64,000 nucleotides of DNA from NCBI GenBank assembly GCA_965204735.1, contig OZ242008.1:3616001-3680000 (forward strand), read 5' to 3'. Source of the stretch: Longimicrobiales bacterium (lineage in GTDB: Bacteria > Gemmatimonadota > Gemmatimonadetes > Longimicrobiales > Gaopeijiaceae). Under the pieces are notes generated by a model. That model saw only the letters and a program-made list of their open reading frames with translations, was not told the origin of the DNA and searched no databases. This document shows, in pieces, positions 52,202 through 61,895 of this stretch (position 1 is the first letter of the stretch; each line of letters opens with the position of its first letter). The position numbers and the translations under genes were made by a program.

Positions 52202-52334
52202 GTCCCCGTAATGACGACCGACTTGCCACGTATGATGCCGCATCGGATGTCGAGGTCGACGTTACCACCACGAGGCTCTCCAGCAGTGCGTCTCCCCAAG
52301 CCCGGAACCCACAAAGAAGCAAGGATCTCAGAAA

Positions 52335-52946
52335 ATGAGCAACCGCCGTACGTCTGACGCTCCCGGCCTGTCGTTCCACGATGCGGTCCAACCCTTCCTG
52401 CGGGCTTGTCCAGGACCGGACTTGGCGATGAAGGGCCTCCGCATGGTCGCCTTCCAGCCTGTGCACGGTATCTGGCCGCCGCTTCCGAAGGTGACGGACC
52501 AAGTGCCATGCATCAGCGGGAGGACGGGCCGTTTCTCGGCGCCGGAACTCCGTCTCGGCGAGCCCGTCACTCCTCCCCACCGAGAGGAAGGAGGACGTCT
52601 GCGGAACGTAAAGGAGGTGGCAAGGGCGTTGCACTGCAGTCCACAGCACCTCGCCCGATTGGCCCATGCGCGAGGATACTCATACTCGCTGGCAGTGCGC
52701 TGGATTCGGTTCCTGCTGGGAGTCGAGCTGAAGAGCCAGAACTGCGGTGGAAAAACGATCGCCAAGCGGCTCGGAATGTCGGGGCCGGAAGGCTGGACTC
52801 GGTTTGTCGTTCGGGTAGTCGGGCGGTCCCCCAAGCAACTCCCCAACCTGACGATCGAAACATGGGCGCGGGAGGGCATGTCGCGGGTCTTCCTTGCACC
52901 GATCCAGGCCCCAAAACCACTTCCCAGTAACCTGACTGACCAATAA
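52335..52946 (+). CDS. AraC-like double-HTH transcriptional regulator
   Basis: NVKEVARALHCSPQHLARL..WIRFL..TIAKRLGMS..WTRFVVRVVGRSP; N-terminus uncertain. Confidence 0.7.
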   Translation: MSNRRTSDAPGLSFHDAVQPFLRACPGPDLAMKGLRMVAFQPVHGIWPPLPKVTDQVPCISGRTGRFSAPELRLGEPVTPPHREEGGRLRNVKEVARALHCSPQHLARLAHARGYSYSLAVRWIRFLLGVELKSQNCGGKTIAKRLGMSGPEGWTRFVVRVVGRSPKQLPNLTIETWAREGMSRVFLAPIQAPKPLPSNLTDQ

Positions 52947-53071
52947 CCCGGTACTGGTCCAGTCCTCGTCTCTATACGGAGCCATCCACCAAATCCCGGT
53001 CTCGCGACAACGCCGAGCATCGAGGTTCGCACCAGCCCCCGGGCCTTGCTTCGCGTCCACGCCGACTTCGC

Positions 53072-53560
53072 TCAGGCCTCGTCTGGGCAGTTCCAGGGAC
53101 CCGGTTCACCAAGCATGCTTTCCAGACATTCGTCGCTTTCTGATTCTTCGTCCGGGTTGGCGCCTCCTCCACCACTACTGTCGTTCTCGGCCTCCTGATA
53201 GTAGAGCGATGTCGTGCAGACTTCCCACCAGAGCCAGCCAGCGCACGTCTCGTACTCCCAGCACAAGGCATCCCAGCCACCGCCGCAGCCTGCCGGCTGC
53301 GCCCACGCTGGCTGGAAAGCCGTGTCCTCTATGGCCTTGATCAGCGACATCGCAGCCAATATCCCCAGCCCAGCTCGGGTTAGGCCGTCTGCTACGACGG
53401 GCGAGACCCGCTTGTGGCCGAGTAACCTCAGGATCCGGTGTGCTGGCGAAATGTCGGCCGCGAATGCCTCTCCGCCTTTGCGTGCTTGGCGATCGTTGAC
53501 TCGGAGGGTGACGCCGACCAGGACAACAGCCGCTACGCCCAGGATGATCAGAACGGACAT
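53072..53560 (-). CDS. Exported Cys-rich peptide precursor A
   Basis: GGGGAG RBS; two hydrophobic segments; AWA-Q then CGGGWDALCWEYETCAGWLWWEVCTTSLYYQE; acidic tail with two more Cys. Confidence 0.7.
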   Translation of the reverse strand: MSVLIILGVAAVVLVGVTLRVNDRQARKGGEAFAADISPAHRILRLLGHKRVSPVVADGLTRAGLGILAAMSLIKAIEDTAFQPAWAQPAGCGGGWDALCWEYETCAGWLWWEVCTTSLYYQEAENDSSGGGGANPDEESESDECLESMLGEPGPWNCPDEA

Positions 53561-53685
53561 GATTCTCCCCTTGTTGATGAGTATGCCTTATGAACTCGGG
53601 CAACGTGATCACCCGACCGCGGTACGTCTGATGACGATCCGGATTCCAGCCACTTGGAACACGCTCCGCCAGGACATCGGCAAGA

Positions 53686-53934
53686 TCATGATCGCTCCTG
53701 AAAGAAATAGTGTCGCGTCTTGCACGACCGGTTCATCCACAGGAAGTCTATCCCCGTGCAGACCTTGATCGTCATGCAGGTCGGCGGCGTTTCGCCGCCG
53801 CAGACACCCGGCGGGTGATGCTGTGCTGCGATCGGCGACACGCGGAACTCCGTTGCCGCCACGGCGATAATCGCCAGTGCAGCTAGCCCGCGCGCCAGCT
53901 TCGAGACTGTGTTTCGCCCGCAGTTCTTCTTCAT
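53686..53934 (-). CDS. Secreted Cys-rich peptide precursor B (82 aa)
   Basis: ATGA overlap with the upstream stop; basic then hydrophobic signal, IAA-Q, CGGETPPTCMTIKVCTGIDFLWMNRSCKTRHYFFQE. Confidence 0.72.
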   Translation of the reverse strand: MKKNCGRNTVSKLARGLAALAIIAVAATEFRVSPIAAQHHPPGVCGGETPPTCMTIKVCTGIDFLWMNRSCKTRHYFFQERS

Positions 53935-54974
53935 GAGCCTTCTCTCCTGAGTTGAAGGGCAACCACTGTTGGGTACAAACCCGACTCGTCTCCAGAAACT
54001 AGGAACACCTTGTCGTTCCCGGACACGGCGACCGAGGTGGTTCTCCAAGGAAGCAGCTGTGATCCCACATACCGACCCGTTGCAACCTCGTACTTGTCGA
54101 GTACGCGCCGACGCGCTCGCGTAGTGCCGCCGGGAAGCACCAGCAAGGTGTCGTGCTTCACGGCAAGTGAATAGACCGAGCGCGTGGCTCGAGCTGTGAA
54201 GCCGGTGACGGTCGTCCCCCGCGTCGGAGAATGCGACATGACTTCGGGAAAGTCGACATGCTCCACATAGGGATAGTGTCCGGCCACGGAATCGTATTTC
54301 ATTACAAAAAATCCGTTGCCTAGCTGGAAGCCGAACACCCACCTGTCGGCCGCACCTGCCGTCTTGCCGGACCATTGCATGGAATGCATTCGGCGGAAAC
54401 CGTCCCAGGGCACTGACAACGGCGTCACGACTTCTGTCTCGGGCTGAAACAGCAACCACGGAACCGGGCCGTTGTTGCTCAAGACTACTTCACCGCTCGA
54501 GAGTTCGACCACATCCGTGATAAATCCAAAGGAATCGTCGCTGATCGCCCGTTCATGGACCAACGTGCCAGCTGGCGAAAGGTAGGCCAGCCGCCGATTC
54601 CCCGAATCGGCTATGACTACGCCGCCTAGTCGCCACGAAGTCATCGCGCGGGCGTTCTTGAGCTCTCCTGGACCTTCGCCCTGTTGTCCCCACGACCAGT
54701 CAATCGTCCCGGAAGCAGAGAACTTGCTGATCGTCTGCAGCGTGTAGTCGAGCACGTAGACGCCACCGTCTTCGGCCGCGACCAGCGCGCCCGGACTGGC
54801 CAGCACGGTGTCGTCGGCGCCGCCGTAGGCCCAAAGCGTGTCGTACCTGATCCCCTGCACGGATCGTTCTCCCGCGCCTTCCGAGAACAACGACATGACG
54901 GGATACGCTCTCTGGTCGCCGCACGCCCCGAGGAGTGAAGTCGCGACGAGAACAGGCCCCATGGCACGCCACAT
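53931..54974 (-). CDS. Six-bladed beta-propeller lipoprotein
   Basis: LLGAC lipobox; GGVYVLD, WGQQGEGPGEL, IADSGNRR, LDKY..TGRYVGS. Confidence 0.85.
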   Translation of the reverse strand: MWRAMGPVLVATSLLGACGDQRAYPVMSLFSEGAGERSVQGIRYDTLWAYGGADDTVLASPGALVAAEDGGVYVLDYTLQTISKFSASGTIDWSWGQQGEGPGELKNARAMTSWRLGGVVIADSGNRRLAYLSPAGTLVHERAISDDSFGFITDVVELSSGEVVLSNNGPVPWLLFQPETEVVTPLSVPWDGFRRMHSMQWSGKTAGAADRWVFGFQLGNGFFVMKYDSVAGHYPYVEHVDFPEVMSHSPTRGTTVTGFTARATRSVYSLAVKHDTLLVLPGGTTRARRRVLDKYEVATGRYVGSQLLPWRTTSVAVSGNDKVFLVSGDESGLYPTVVALQLRREGS

Positions 54975-55526
54975 TTACTCAGCCCTCCTCTGGGCACCCA
55001 ACCGTGCGGCCAGTTGGGACAGATCGGCGCTTTGCGACAACGTGGACGATACGTGCTCCACAAAGAGCACTCGACCGTCGTCGCCTACGCCGACCACAAC
55101 CGGTGTTCCAGTCCATGCCGCGAACCCGGCAACCTCTCGCCACCGAACAGACTCATGGGTAAACCGGACGTTGGCCCGGTCCATAACTCTTTTTAGCGCG
55201 CTCTCCGAAGAACCGTCTGCGACGACCAGCCCCAACACCGCGACTCCGGTCTCCTTAAGGCGTTGCGCCAGCCTGCCGACGGATTCCAGCGTCTCCGCAC
55301 ACTCCGCCACTGTAGACACGACCATGATCCCACCGCCTCGATTCGCCATCATCTCCAGCCGGCCGGTGAAGTCGTTGGCCGCACTGTTCTCTGTCCAGGA
55401 CGTCGCCATGAACAGGCTGCACGCCACCGTCAGCGTCCCCGCGTACCAATGCTGCTTGGTCCAGTACCAGCACTCAGCAGACAGTTGGCGCACCGCTCCT
55501 CCGGTCCTTCCGGCTGTGACTCCCAT
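54975..55526 (-). CDS. Putative thioredoxin-fold membrane-anchored protein
   Basis: GGAGG RBS; TM segment; strand then VAECAE helix; TPVVVGVGDDGRV C-terminal motif; only one Cys at the CxxC position. Confidence 0.5.
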   Translation of the reverse strand: MGVTAGRTGGAVRQLSAECWYWTKQHWYAGTLTVACSLFMATSWTENSAANDFTGRLEMMANRGGGIMVVSTVAECAETLESVGRLAQRLKETGVAVLGLVVADGSSESALKRVMDRANVRFTHESVRWREVAGFAAWTGTPVVVGVGDDGRVLFVEHVSSTLSQSADLSQLAARLGAQRRAE

Positions 55527-55703
55527 TCGGTCCCTCCGCAGGTGGCAGCCCCTTCGGCCGTCCGATACGACGAGCCGGATTCTCGAGGCCACGGGACAAG
55601 TATCGTCGAGCTGCAACCGGACCGCTACCTCCGTTCTTGCTCTATTGCGGCGTAGATTTGCTTTTTTCGCACATGGCCCGGAGCCTGCCCGGTCCCGAGC
55701 AGG

Positions 55704-57386
55704 TTATCCTTGCCCTCCTTCCAAGATGCCGTCCTGCGCGCCGGTCATCTCCCAGCGGACCAGGACGGTCGGGATCACGCCGGACGCGAAGAACGTGTCG
55801 AAGAAGCGCTGCACGGTGAAGGCGTCGCCTTCCTGGACTGCCCACTCGCCCATGAGCTCCTCGATCTGGACCTTGCCGGTCAGGTAGCTGGTTCCGTAGC
55901 CGGGCTGCTGCAGGTAGAGGTGCTGCTCGTTGCGCACCAGCGCGGCGTCGGGAAGCCACCCCCGGGGAGTCCAGCGAACGGAGTGGGCGACGGCCTGCTC
56001 CATGTCGAAGACGCCGCCGTGGAGGTAGAGGCCGCTCAAGGCGCGCGCCGCGCGCTGGGCCAGCATGATCCATACGAGCTCCCGCGACCGCGGCTTCCCG
56101 GCGAAGAGGCCGGCGTGCATCGCCATCTCCTCCATCCCCGTGGCCAGTCCTTCGGACCGCGCGTCCCAGATGTTGTAGAGCGACGGCACGCGGCGCACTA
56201 GGCTGGAGTGGGGCGACTCGACCATCGTCGCCAGCTCGATCCAGTGGTGCAGATGCGTGCGCATCACGACCGGGTCCCGGTAGTTGACCTCGCTGAAGAA
56301 GTTGCGGATCTCGCCAGGGGCGACGGGCGCGAAGGTCCCGTTCTTCGCCCGCAGGGCCGGGGCCATGTACGGCTCGACGCTCTGGATGTTCTGCTCCTCC
56401 AGAAAGCGCATGTACTCGTCCACCGCGTCGTTCAGCCGCTGGTCGTACTCCTGCGCGGTGGCGATGCGGTCCAGCCGAGGCAGGTCGCGGTTGCGGTGTT
56501 CCTCCAGGCGAAGCGACGAGTGGGCGCGAGCCAGCTCCCGTCGCATCAGCGTGACCTGTTCCTCCCACGAATAGGGGACCAGATGCACGTTCCGCATGTA
56601 CCACGTGTAGTTGTCCCGCCCAACTCCCGACGGACCGGTCTTCAAGTCCGCCCGAGCTTCGATCCAGTCGTGGAACTCCAGCGTCGCCGTTCGGGCCGTC
56701 GCGATCGCCGCGTCCAAGGCGTCGCTGGTCCCCGCCACCCGCTCGGCAAGGTCGTCCAGGTCGGCGGCTTGCCGGCGGAAGGAACGGAGCCCGGCAACCC
56801 AGAGGTCGTGGGCGTTGCCGGTCAAGTTGGTCCGGGCCTGCTCCAGAAGGACCGGGACGGCGCCGATGCGCTCGGCCAGCTCGCCGGCGGCATCGCCCGA
56901 CAGGGGGTAGTCGTACTGCCACAGGTCGATCCAGCCGTGAACGACGGGTCCCTCGTGGGCCGGCACGTCGCTCTGGGCGGAGTAGATCATGACGTAGAAC
57001 GCGGGGTTGCGCTCCCAAGGCCGACGAACCCGGTGGTCGAAGTCGAGGCCGTTCATCTCCGCCCGCACCAGGTGCCAGTCGATCTGCTGGGCAACGGACC
57101 ATCCGCTCCGGTCGAAGGCGTCGAGGCGCGCGCGCCAAGCCGGAAGGGCGTCGTACTGGGCCGCCATCGCGTCCGCCGAGTAGTCGGGCGCCCCGTCCAC
57201 GAAGTCAGGGGACTCGAACTCGCGCCACGCCGCAAAGAAAGGCGCGAGGTCGTCGAAGCCGGCGGGAGCGGCAGCCGGCAGGGCGCTCTCCGGACCGTCT
57301 GCCGGACCGCAGGCAACCAGGGCGCCGGCGACGAGAACGGCCAGCTTGGAGAAGGGCGTCGGGCTGGCAGGTTGAAGCAAGCTCAT
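55704..57386 (-). CDS. DUF885-like lipoprotein
   Basis: LVAC lipobox; SEGLATGMEE, QPGYGTSYLTGKVQI, FFDTFFASGVIP. Confidence 0.78.
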   Translation of the reverse strand: MSLLQPASPTPFSKLAVLVAGALVACGPADGPESALPAAAPAGFDDLAPFFAAWREFESPDFVDGAPDYSADAMAAQYDALPAWRARLDAFDRSGWSVAQQIDWHLVRAEMNGLDFDHRVRRPWERNPAFYVMIYSAQSDVPAHEGPVVHGWIDLWQYDYPLSGDAAGELAERIGAVPVLLEQARTNLTGNAHDLWVAGLRSFRRQAADLDDLAERVAGTSDALDAAIATARTATLEFHDWIEARADLKTGPSGVGRDNYTWYMRNVHLVPYSWEEQVTLMRRELARAHSSLRLEEHRNRDLPRLDRIATAQEYDQRLNDAVDEYMRFLEEQNIQSVEPYMAPALRAKNGTFAPVAPGEIRNFFSEVNYRDPVVMRTHLHHWIELATMVESPHSSLVRRVPSLYNIWDARSEGLATGMEEMAMHAGLFAGKPRSRELVWIMLAQRAARALSGLYLHGGVFDMEQAVAHSVRWTPRGWLPDAALVRNEQHLYLQQPGYGTSYLTGKVQIEELMGEWAVQEGDAFTVQRFFDTFFASGVIPTVLVRWEMTGAQDGILEGGQG

Positions 57387-57427
57387 GGTCGGTCCTGTCG
57401 ATGAGAAGTGTCCCCCGGGGTGGGGCA

Positions 57428-59368
57428 TCAGTCGTCGGCGCCCGGTCCCGGCGTCGCGACCTCCGGCGGCAGCCCTTCGCTGACCGTCACGTCGGCGCCG
57501 CCGTCCAGGAAGCCGGCCAAGGCGGGCCGCTCGTTCGTCCAGTCGCGGAGGATCGCGCGCACGCGGCCGGTGGTCCTGTCCGTGACGACGGCCACGGGCG
57601 CCGCGCCCGAGGCTTCAAGCGCGAAGAAGCCGTCGGGACCCGAGAGCGCCACTTGGGCCAGCGCCCCGTCCTGGACCGGATCGTAGGGAACGGCGAAGAA
57701 GAAGCGTCCGGGGCCGAACTCCACCGGGGTGGGCGAGAAGCTGAAGGAGAAGCGCCGTTCCCCGCTTGCGCCCCAGCCCTCCAGCCTGAAAGGGCCGTCC
57801 TCCGTGGGCAGCGTCGGAACCATCTCCATCAAGAACGCGGGTTCCAGGTGCAGCTCTCCGCCGCCGGCGCTTCCGCGCAGGACCAAGCTCTTGGCCCTCC
57901 ACGTCGCGCCGTCGCCCAGGGCGACCTGGCGCCGGTCGCGAACGGCGCCGCCCTCGGGGAGTTGCGTGGAGTGTCGGTCCGTTGGTGCGGACGCCTCCGT
58001 CTCCAGGCGGTAGCGCATCGCCTTGCTGAAGTGGTAGTCGCTCACCCAGCTGGGGTAGCAGTAGCCCATCACGTCCTTGTACAGGAAGGGATCGACCAGC
58101 CGGCTGCTCTGGAAGTCGTAGCCCCATGCGCCTATGCGGCCCCCGTCGTAGGGGTACCCCTGGTCGGGGGCGGTGGCGCCTCCGCAGGGAGCATGGTGAA
58201 GTCCGAAGTTGTGGCCGAGCTCGTGGGCCAACGTCGCGCCGTTGGGTTCGCCCACGCTCACCCTGAACCCGCCGATGTAGCCCAGTCCGGTCCAGCTGGC
58301 CCCAGGAGGAGGCGAGACGGCGCCGTAGTAGTAGCCTCGCTCGCCTTCGCGCTTGTGAAGGAAAGTCAGGTCGCCCAGCAGCTTGCCCCATCCGGCGCCC
58401 GAGGTCAGGTCCACCGAAGTGGTGAAGGGCTCTCGAACCCGAACGCCCAGCTCGCCGACCGGAAGCGCGGACCGAGTCAGGTAGAGGTGGTCGGTGTCGG
58501 GCCCGATGTCGTGGGTCCAGGCAAGCACGAGCGAGTTGGAGTCGGACTCGACCAAGACGGGCACCACGGTCAGTTCCAGTCTGGGCAGGACGCGCACGTC
58601 CAGCTCGGTCCGACCGCGATCCGGCAGCCGCAGCGTGCTCCCCGGCGCCATCGGCACCGAGCCGTCGCGGTTGAGCTCCACGACCATCGCCAACCCGGGC
58701 TGCAGAAGTTCGCCCGGAACGAGGGCGTTGTACGACCGATCGAGGCGGCCTTCCTCCACGTAGTCGGGCAGAACGTCCGACTCGGAGTGCATGACGACGT
58801 CGTGGACCAGTCGGTCGCCCTCCCAGAAGAGGGCGTGGACCTGCGGCCGGTAGAAGCTGACTTGGTTGCCCGTCACGAACACGCGGAGCATCGCTTGCCG
58901 GCCGGCGATCAGCGGCACGACGCCGTTGCCCTGCTGGATGCCCTGGGTCAGATGAACGACCGGCGCGTTCAAGACCAGGCGGGGCGGGTTGATGCGCAGG
59001 CGGGCGCGGGCGGAAAGGCCCGACGCGGACACGGACACGTAGGCGTCGGCGCCCCGAAGAGCTTCCGCTCGCCCCTCCGGCGACACCCGCAGAGACGCCT
59101 CGGCCGAGGAGGACCACACCGGACGCGCCCAGGCTGGCGGCGGCCGGATCGAGTCGCCGTTCTGGTCGCGCACCACCAGCCGGTAGGCGACCACGTCGCC
59201 GACGGCGACCAGCGTGTCGGCCGGATAGAGGTCCAGCGAAGCCGGCGTCTTCTCGGGCACGAAGGCCAAGTCGGCGCAGCCGCCGGTCGTCGCCAGGGCC
59301 AGCCCCACCACGGAGAGCGTCCGAACGCGGGTCGAAGGACCGGAAGCCGCTCGAAGGGAGAGAGCCAT
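57428..59368 (-). CDS. M66-like metallopeptidase lipoprotein with Ig-like domain
   Basis: TGGC lipobox; LAHELGHNFGLHHAPCG; DVMGYC..WVSDYHF. Confidence 0.85.
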   Translation of the reverse strand: MALSLRAASGPSTRVRTLSVVGLALATTGGCADLAFVPEKTPASLDLYPADTLVAVGDVVAYRLVVRDQNGDSIRPPPAWARPVWSSSAEASLRVSPEGRAEALRGADAYVSVSASGLSARARLRINPPRLVLNAPVVHLTQGIQQGNGVVPLIAGRQAMLRVFVTGNQVSFYRPQVHALFWEGDRLVHDVVMHSESDVLPDYVEEGRLDRSYNALVPGELLQPGLAMVVELNRDGSVPMAPGSTLRLPDRGRTELDVRVLPRLELTVVPVLVESDSNSLVLAWTHDIGPDTDHLYLTRSALPVGELGVRVREPFTTSVDLTSGAGWGKLLGDLTFLHKREGERGYYYGAVSPPPGASWTGLGYIGGFRVSVGEPNGATLAHELGHNFGLHHAPCGGATAPDQGYPYDGGRIGAWGYDFQSSRLVDPFLYKDVMGYCYPSWVSDYHFSKAMRYRLETEASAPTDRHSTQLPEGGAVRDRRQVALGDGATWRAKSLVLRGSAGGGELHLEPAFLMEMVPTLPTEDGPFRLEGWGASGERRFSFSFSPTPVEFGPGRFFFAVPYDPVQDGALAQVALSGPDGFFALEASGAAPVAVVTDRTTGRVRAILRDWTNERPALAGFLDGGADVTVSEGLPPEVATPGPGADD

Positions 59369-59393
59369 TCGATTCCGCTGAGCGCCCGCTCGT

Positions 59394-60029
59394 TCAGCTC
59401 CCGCCGATCCGCACGCCGACTCCCACGTCCAGGGCCAGCGCGATCGCCCGGTCCGAGTCCGTCGCCGAGTTGGCCGTCATCCAGCGGTAGGACAAGCCGG
59501 GCATGAAGCGCATCCGCCCCTGGCCGACGGTGAGCCCTGCGGCGCCCAGCACACCCAGGCCCAGACTCGGCGCGTCGCCTCCCGTGCCGGCGCTGGTGGC
59601 GCCGACGAGGACGCCCAGCCGCAGCCACGGGCCCCCGCTTCCCCACTCGGCGCCCACGGCAGCGTGGTTCCCGACCACGGTGATCTCCTGATCCTTGCAG
59701 TACCCGTCTTCGCAGCCGAAGGCGGTTCGGTAGTACCCCGCGAAGAGGGCGATGCGCGGCCACATCTGCCGCCTGACGCTCAGGTCGAAGGACAGCGCGG
59801 GCGAGATGTCCAGGGCCGCCGCCGAGCCCGAGTGGCTTCCGACCGTCAGCCCGGACCGAAGCTCGGCCTGGGTCTGGGCGGCTGCGGGAGCGGACCAAAG
59901 GAAGACGGCGCCCGGCAGGAGGAGCGCGCCGATCGCGGCCGCGCTCATGGAACCGCGGCTGCGGAGAGGCAATCCGGCCCTGGCCCGGAGGATCGCGCCA
60001 AAGGCGCCCGGGCGTCCCGTGCGAGTCAT
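59394..60029 (-). CDS. Small outer-membrane beta-barrel-like protein
   Basis: Signal ending AAAQ; alternating strands; FGCEDGYC loop; C-terminal LDVGVGVRI. Confidence 0.65.
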   Translation of the reverse strand: MTRTGRPGAFGAILRARAGLPLRSRGSMSAAAIGALLLPGAVFLWSAPAAAQTQAELRSGLTVGSHSGSAAALDISPALSFDLSVRRQMWPRIALFAGYYRTAFGCEDGYCKDQEITVVGNHAAVGAEWGSGGPWLRLGVLVGATSAGTGGDAPSLGLGVLGAAGLTVGQGRMRFMPGLSYRWMTANSATDSDRAIALALDVGVGVRIGGS

Positions 60030-61840
60030 CGTCCGCCTCCCGGCAAGCCGTAGCTGACCAGCACCTCCACGTCCTGCGCCAGGAGGGCCGACGCGCCCGT
60101 CCAGTTCCTCGCCATCGCCCGCACCTGCCCGTCGCTTCGGTTGCGAATGATGGCCATGGGAGTCGATCCCGACGCCTCCATGACCGCTTCGCCTTCGGGG
60201 CCCGACAGAACGACCCGCTCCAGCGCGCCGTCCCGATCCAAGTCGTACGGAACGGCGACGACGAACTGACGGCCGCCGTGCTCCACCGTGCCGGGCTCGA
60301 AGGGAAACGAGAACGTCTGCCGCCCGCCGTCGCCGAAGCCCTCCAGCCGGTAGCGACCGTCCGCCTGGGGCGAACTCGGCTCGGCGTCGACCATGAACGC
60401 AGGGTCGAGCCGAAGCTCTCCGTCGTCGGCGCTGCCCCACAGCAGGAGCGTGCTCTCGGCCACGGTCCCGGCCGCCGACCGCTGCGGCGGAGCCTCTGCT
60501 TCCAGTCGGTGGTCGAACGCCTTTTGGAAGTGGTAGTCGCTCACCCAGCTTGGGTTGCAGTAGCCCATCAAGTCCTTGTACTGGGACGGGTGCACGAGCT
60601 TGCGGCCTCTGAAGTCGTAGCCCCACACGCCAATGTCGCCGCCGTCGTGGGGATAGCGGGCGTCGGGCGAGCCGGCGCGGCCGCAGGGCGCATGGAGGAG
60701 TCCCATGTTGTGGCCGAGCTCGTGCGCGAAGGTGTTGTCCGACGGTCGGCCCACGCTGACGGGCCAGCCGATCCAGCCCAGCCCGCCCCAAGCCGATCTC
60801 GGAGGCAGCGCCACCACGCCGTAGTAGTAGCCGTTTTCGCCCTCGATCTTCCACATGGCCGTGATCTCCTGCAGGAACTCTCTCCATCCGCTCTGCGTGG
60901 TGAGGTCGGCCGACGTGGTGTAGGGGTCGTGGACCGCCACCCTCATGTCGCCGATGGGCAGCAACGCGCGGGCGACTTCCATGTGGCGGCTTTCGGCCGT
61001 CATGCCCCGGGTCCAGTTGAAGACCGTTCGGTCCGGCGCCGACGCCACGAGCACGGGAACGATCGTCTGCTCCAGCGCCGGCAGCGCCCTCACGTCCAGA
61101 CGGGCCTTCCCCTGGGCGGGCACGCGGAGCTGGCTTCCCGCCAAGAGCGGCACCACGCCCTCCGGGTCCAGGTCCACGACCATCTCCACGCCCGGCTGCA
61201 GGACCCACCCCGGGACGACGGCGTTGAAGCTGCGGTCCAGCCGATCTTCCTCCACTTCCATGGGGACGAACGCGCCGGAGGGCTCCATCGTCGCGACATG
61301 AACGGCTTCTTGGCCGTGGTAGAAGGTTGCCTGCGCCCCGGGCCTGTAGAAGCTGGTCTCGTGGCCGGTCATGAACACCCGCAACAGGGCGCGTCGGCCG
61401 GCCACGAGGGGCACGCTCCCCTGTGCGTTCTGGGCGCCCTGGGTCAAGTAGACGGACGGAGCGGACAGGGCGACGCCGACGGGGTTGGCGCGCAGCCGCG
61501 TCCACGCCTCCAGGCCGGCGAGCTTCGCGGTCAGGTCGACGTAGCCGCCCCGAAGAGCCGTGGCGCGGCCGTCCCGCTCGACGGTCAACGCACCCGAGTC
61601 CGACAGGCTCCACACGGGCCGGGCCCACGACGGCGGCCCGGCCATGGGGTTGCCGTCCTGGTCCTCGACCGCGACTCGGATGCCAACCACGCCCCCGACG
61701 GTCACCAAGGTGTCGAAGGGGGCCAAGGAGAGGGACGACGGTATCTGGTCGGACTGCGTGGCCAACTCCGCGCAGCCGACGGCGAGGAGCGCGACCGGCG
61801 CCAGCCGCGACGCCCGCGGCTTGCACGAAAGGTCTGTCAT
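60026..61840 (-). CDS. M66-like metallopeptidase lipoprotein with Ig-like domain, paralogue
   Basis: AVGC lipobox; FAHELGHNMGLLHAPCG; DLMGYC..WVSDYHF. Confidence 0.85.
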   Translation of the reverse strand: MTDLSCKPRASRLAPVALLAVGCAELATQSDQIPSSLSLAPFDTLVTVGGVVGIRVAVEDQDGNPMAGPPSWARPVWSLSDSGALTVERDGRATALRGGYVDLTAKLAGLEAWTRLRANPVGVALSAPSVYLTQGAQNAQGSVPLVAGRRALLRVFMTGHETSFYRPGAQATFYHGQEAVHVATMEPSGAFVPMEVEEDRLDRSFNAVVPGWVLQPGVEMVVDLDPEGVVPLLAGSQLRVPAQGKARLDVRALPALEQTIVPVLVASAPDRTVFNWTRGMTAESRHMEVARALLPIGDMRVAVHDPYTTSADLTTQSGWREFLQEITAMWKIEGENGYYYGVVALPPRSAWGGLGWIGWPVSVGRPSDNTFAHELGHNMGLLHAPCGRAGSPDARYPHDGGDIGVWGYDFRGRKLVHPSQYKDLMGYCNPSWVSDYHFQKAFDHRLEAEAPPQRSAAGTVAESTLLLWGSADDGELRLDPAFMVDAEPSSPQADGRYRLEGFGDGGRQTFSFPFEPGTVEHGGRQFVVAVPYDLDRDGALERVVLSGPEGEAVMEASGSTPMAIIRNRSDGQVRAMARNWTGASALLAQDVEVLVSYGLPGGGR

Positions 61841-61895
61841 CCGGCAAGGATAACCCCCGGCGGACCTGCGGCGCGACCTGCCGGCGGACCGCACT

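Noticed and set aside
53609..53689. 26-aa ORF MILPMSWRS.. between the two peptide genes
   Set aside because: Has AGGAG and an ATGA overlap, but is too short and featureless to support.
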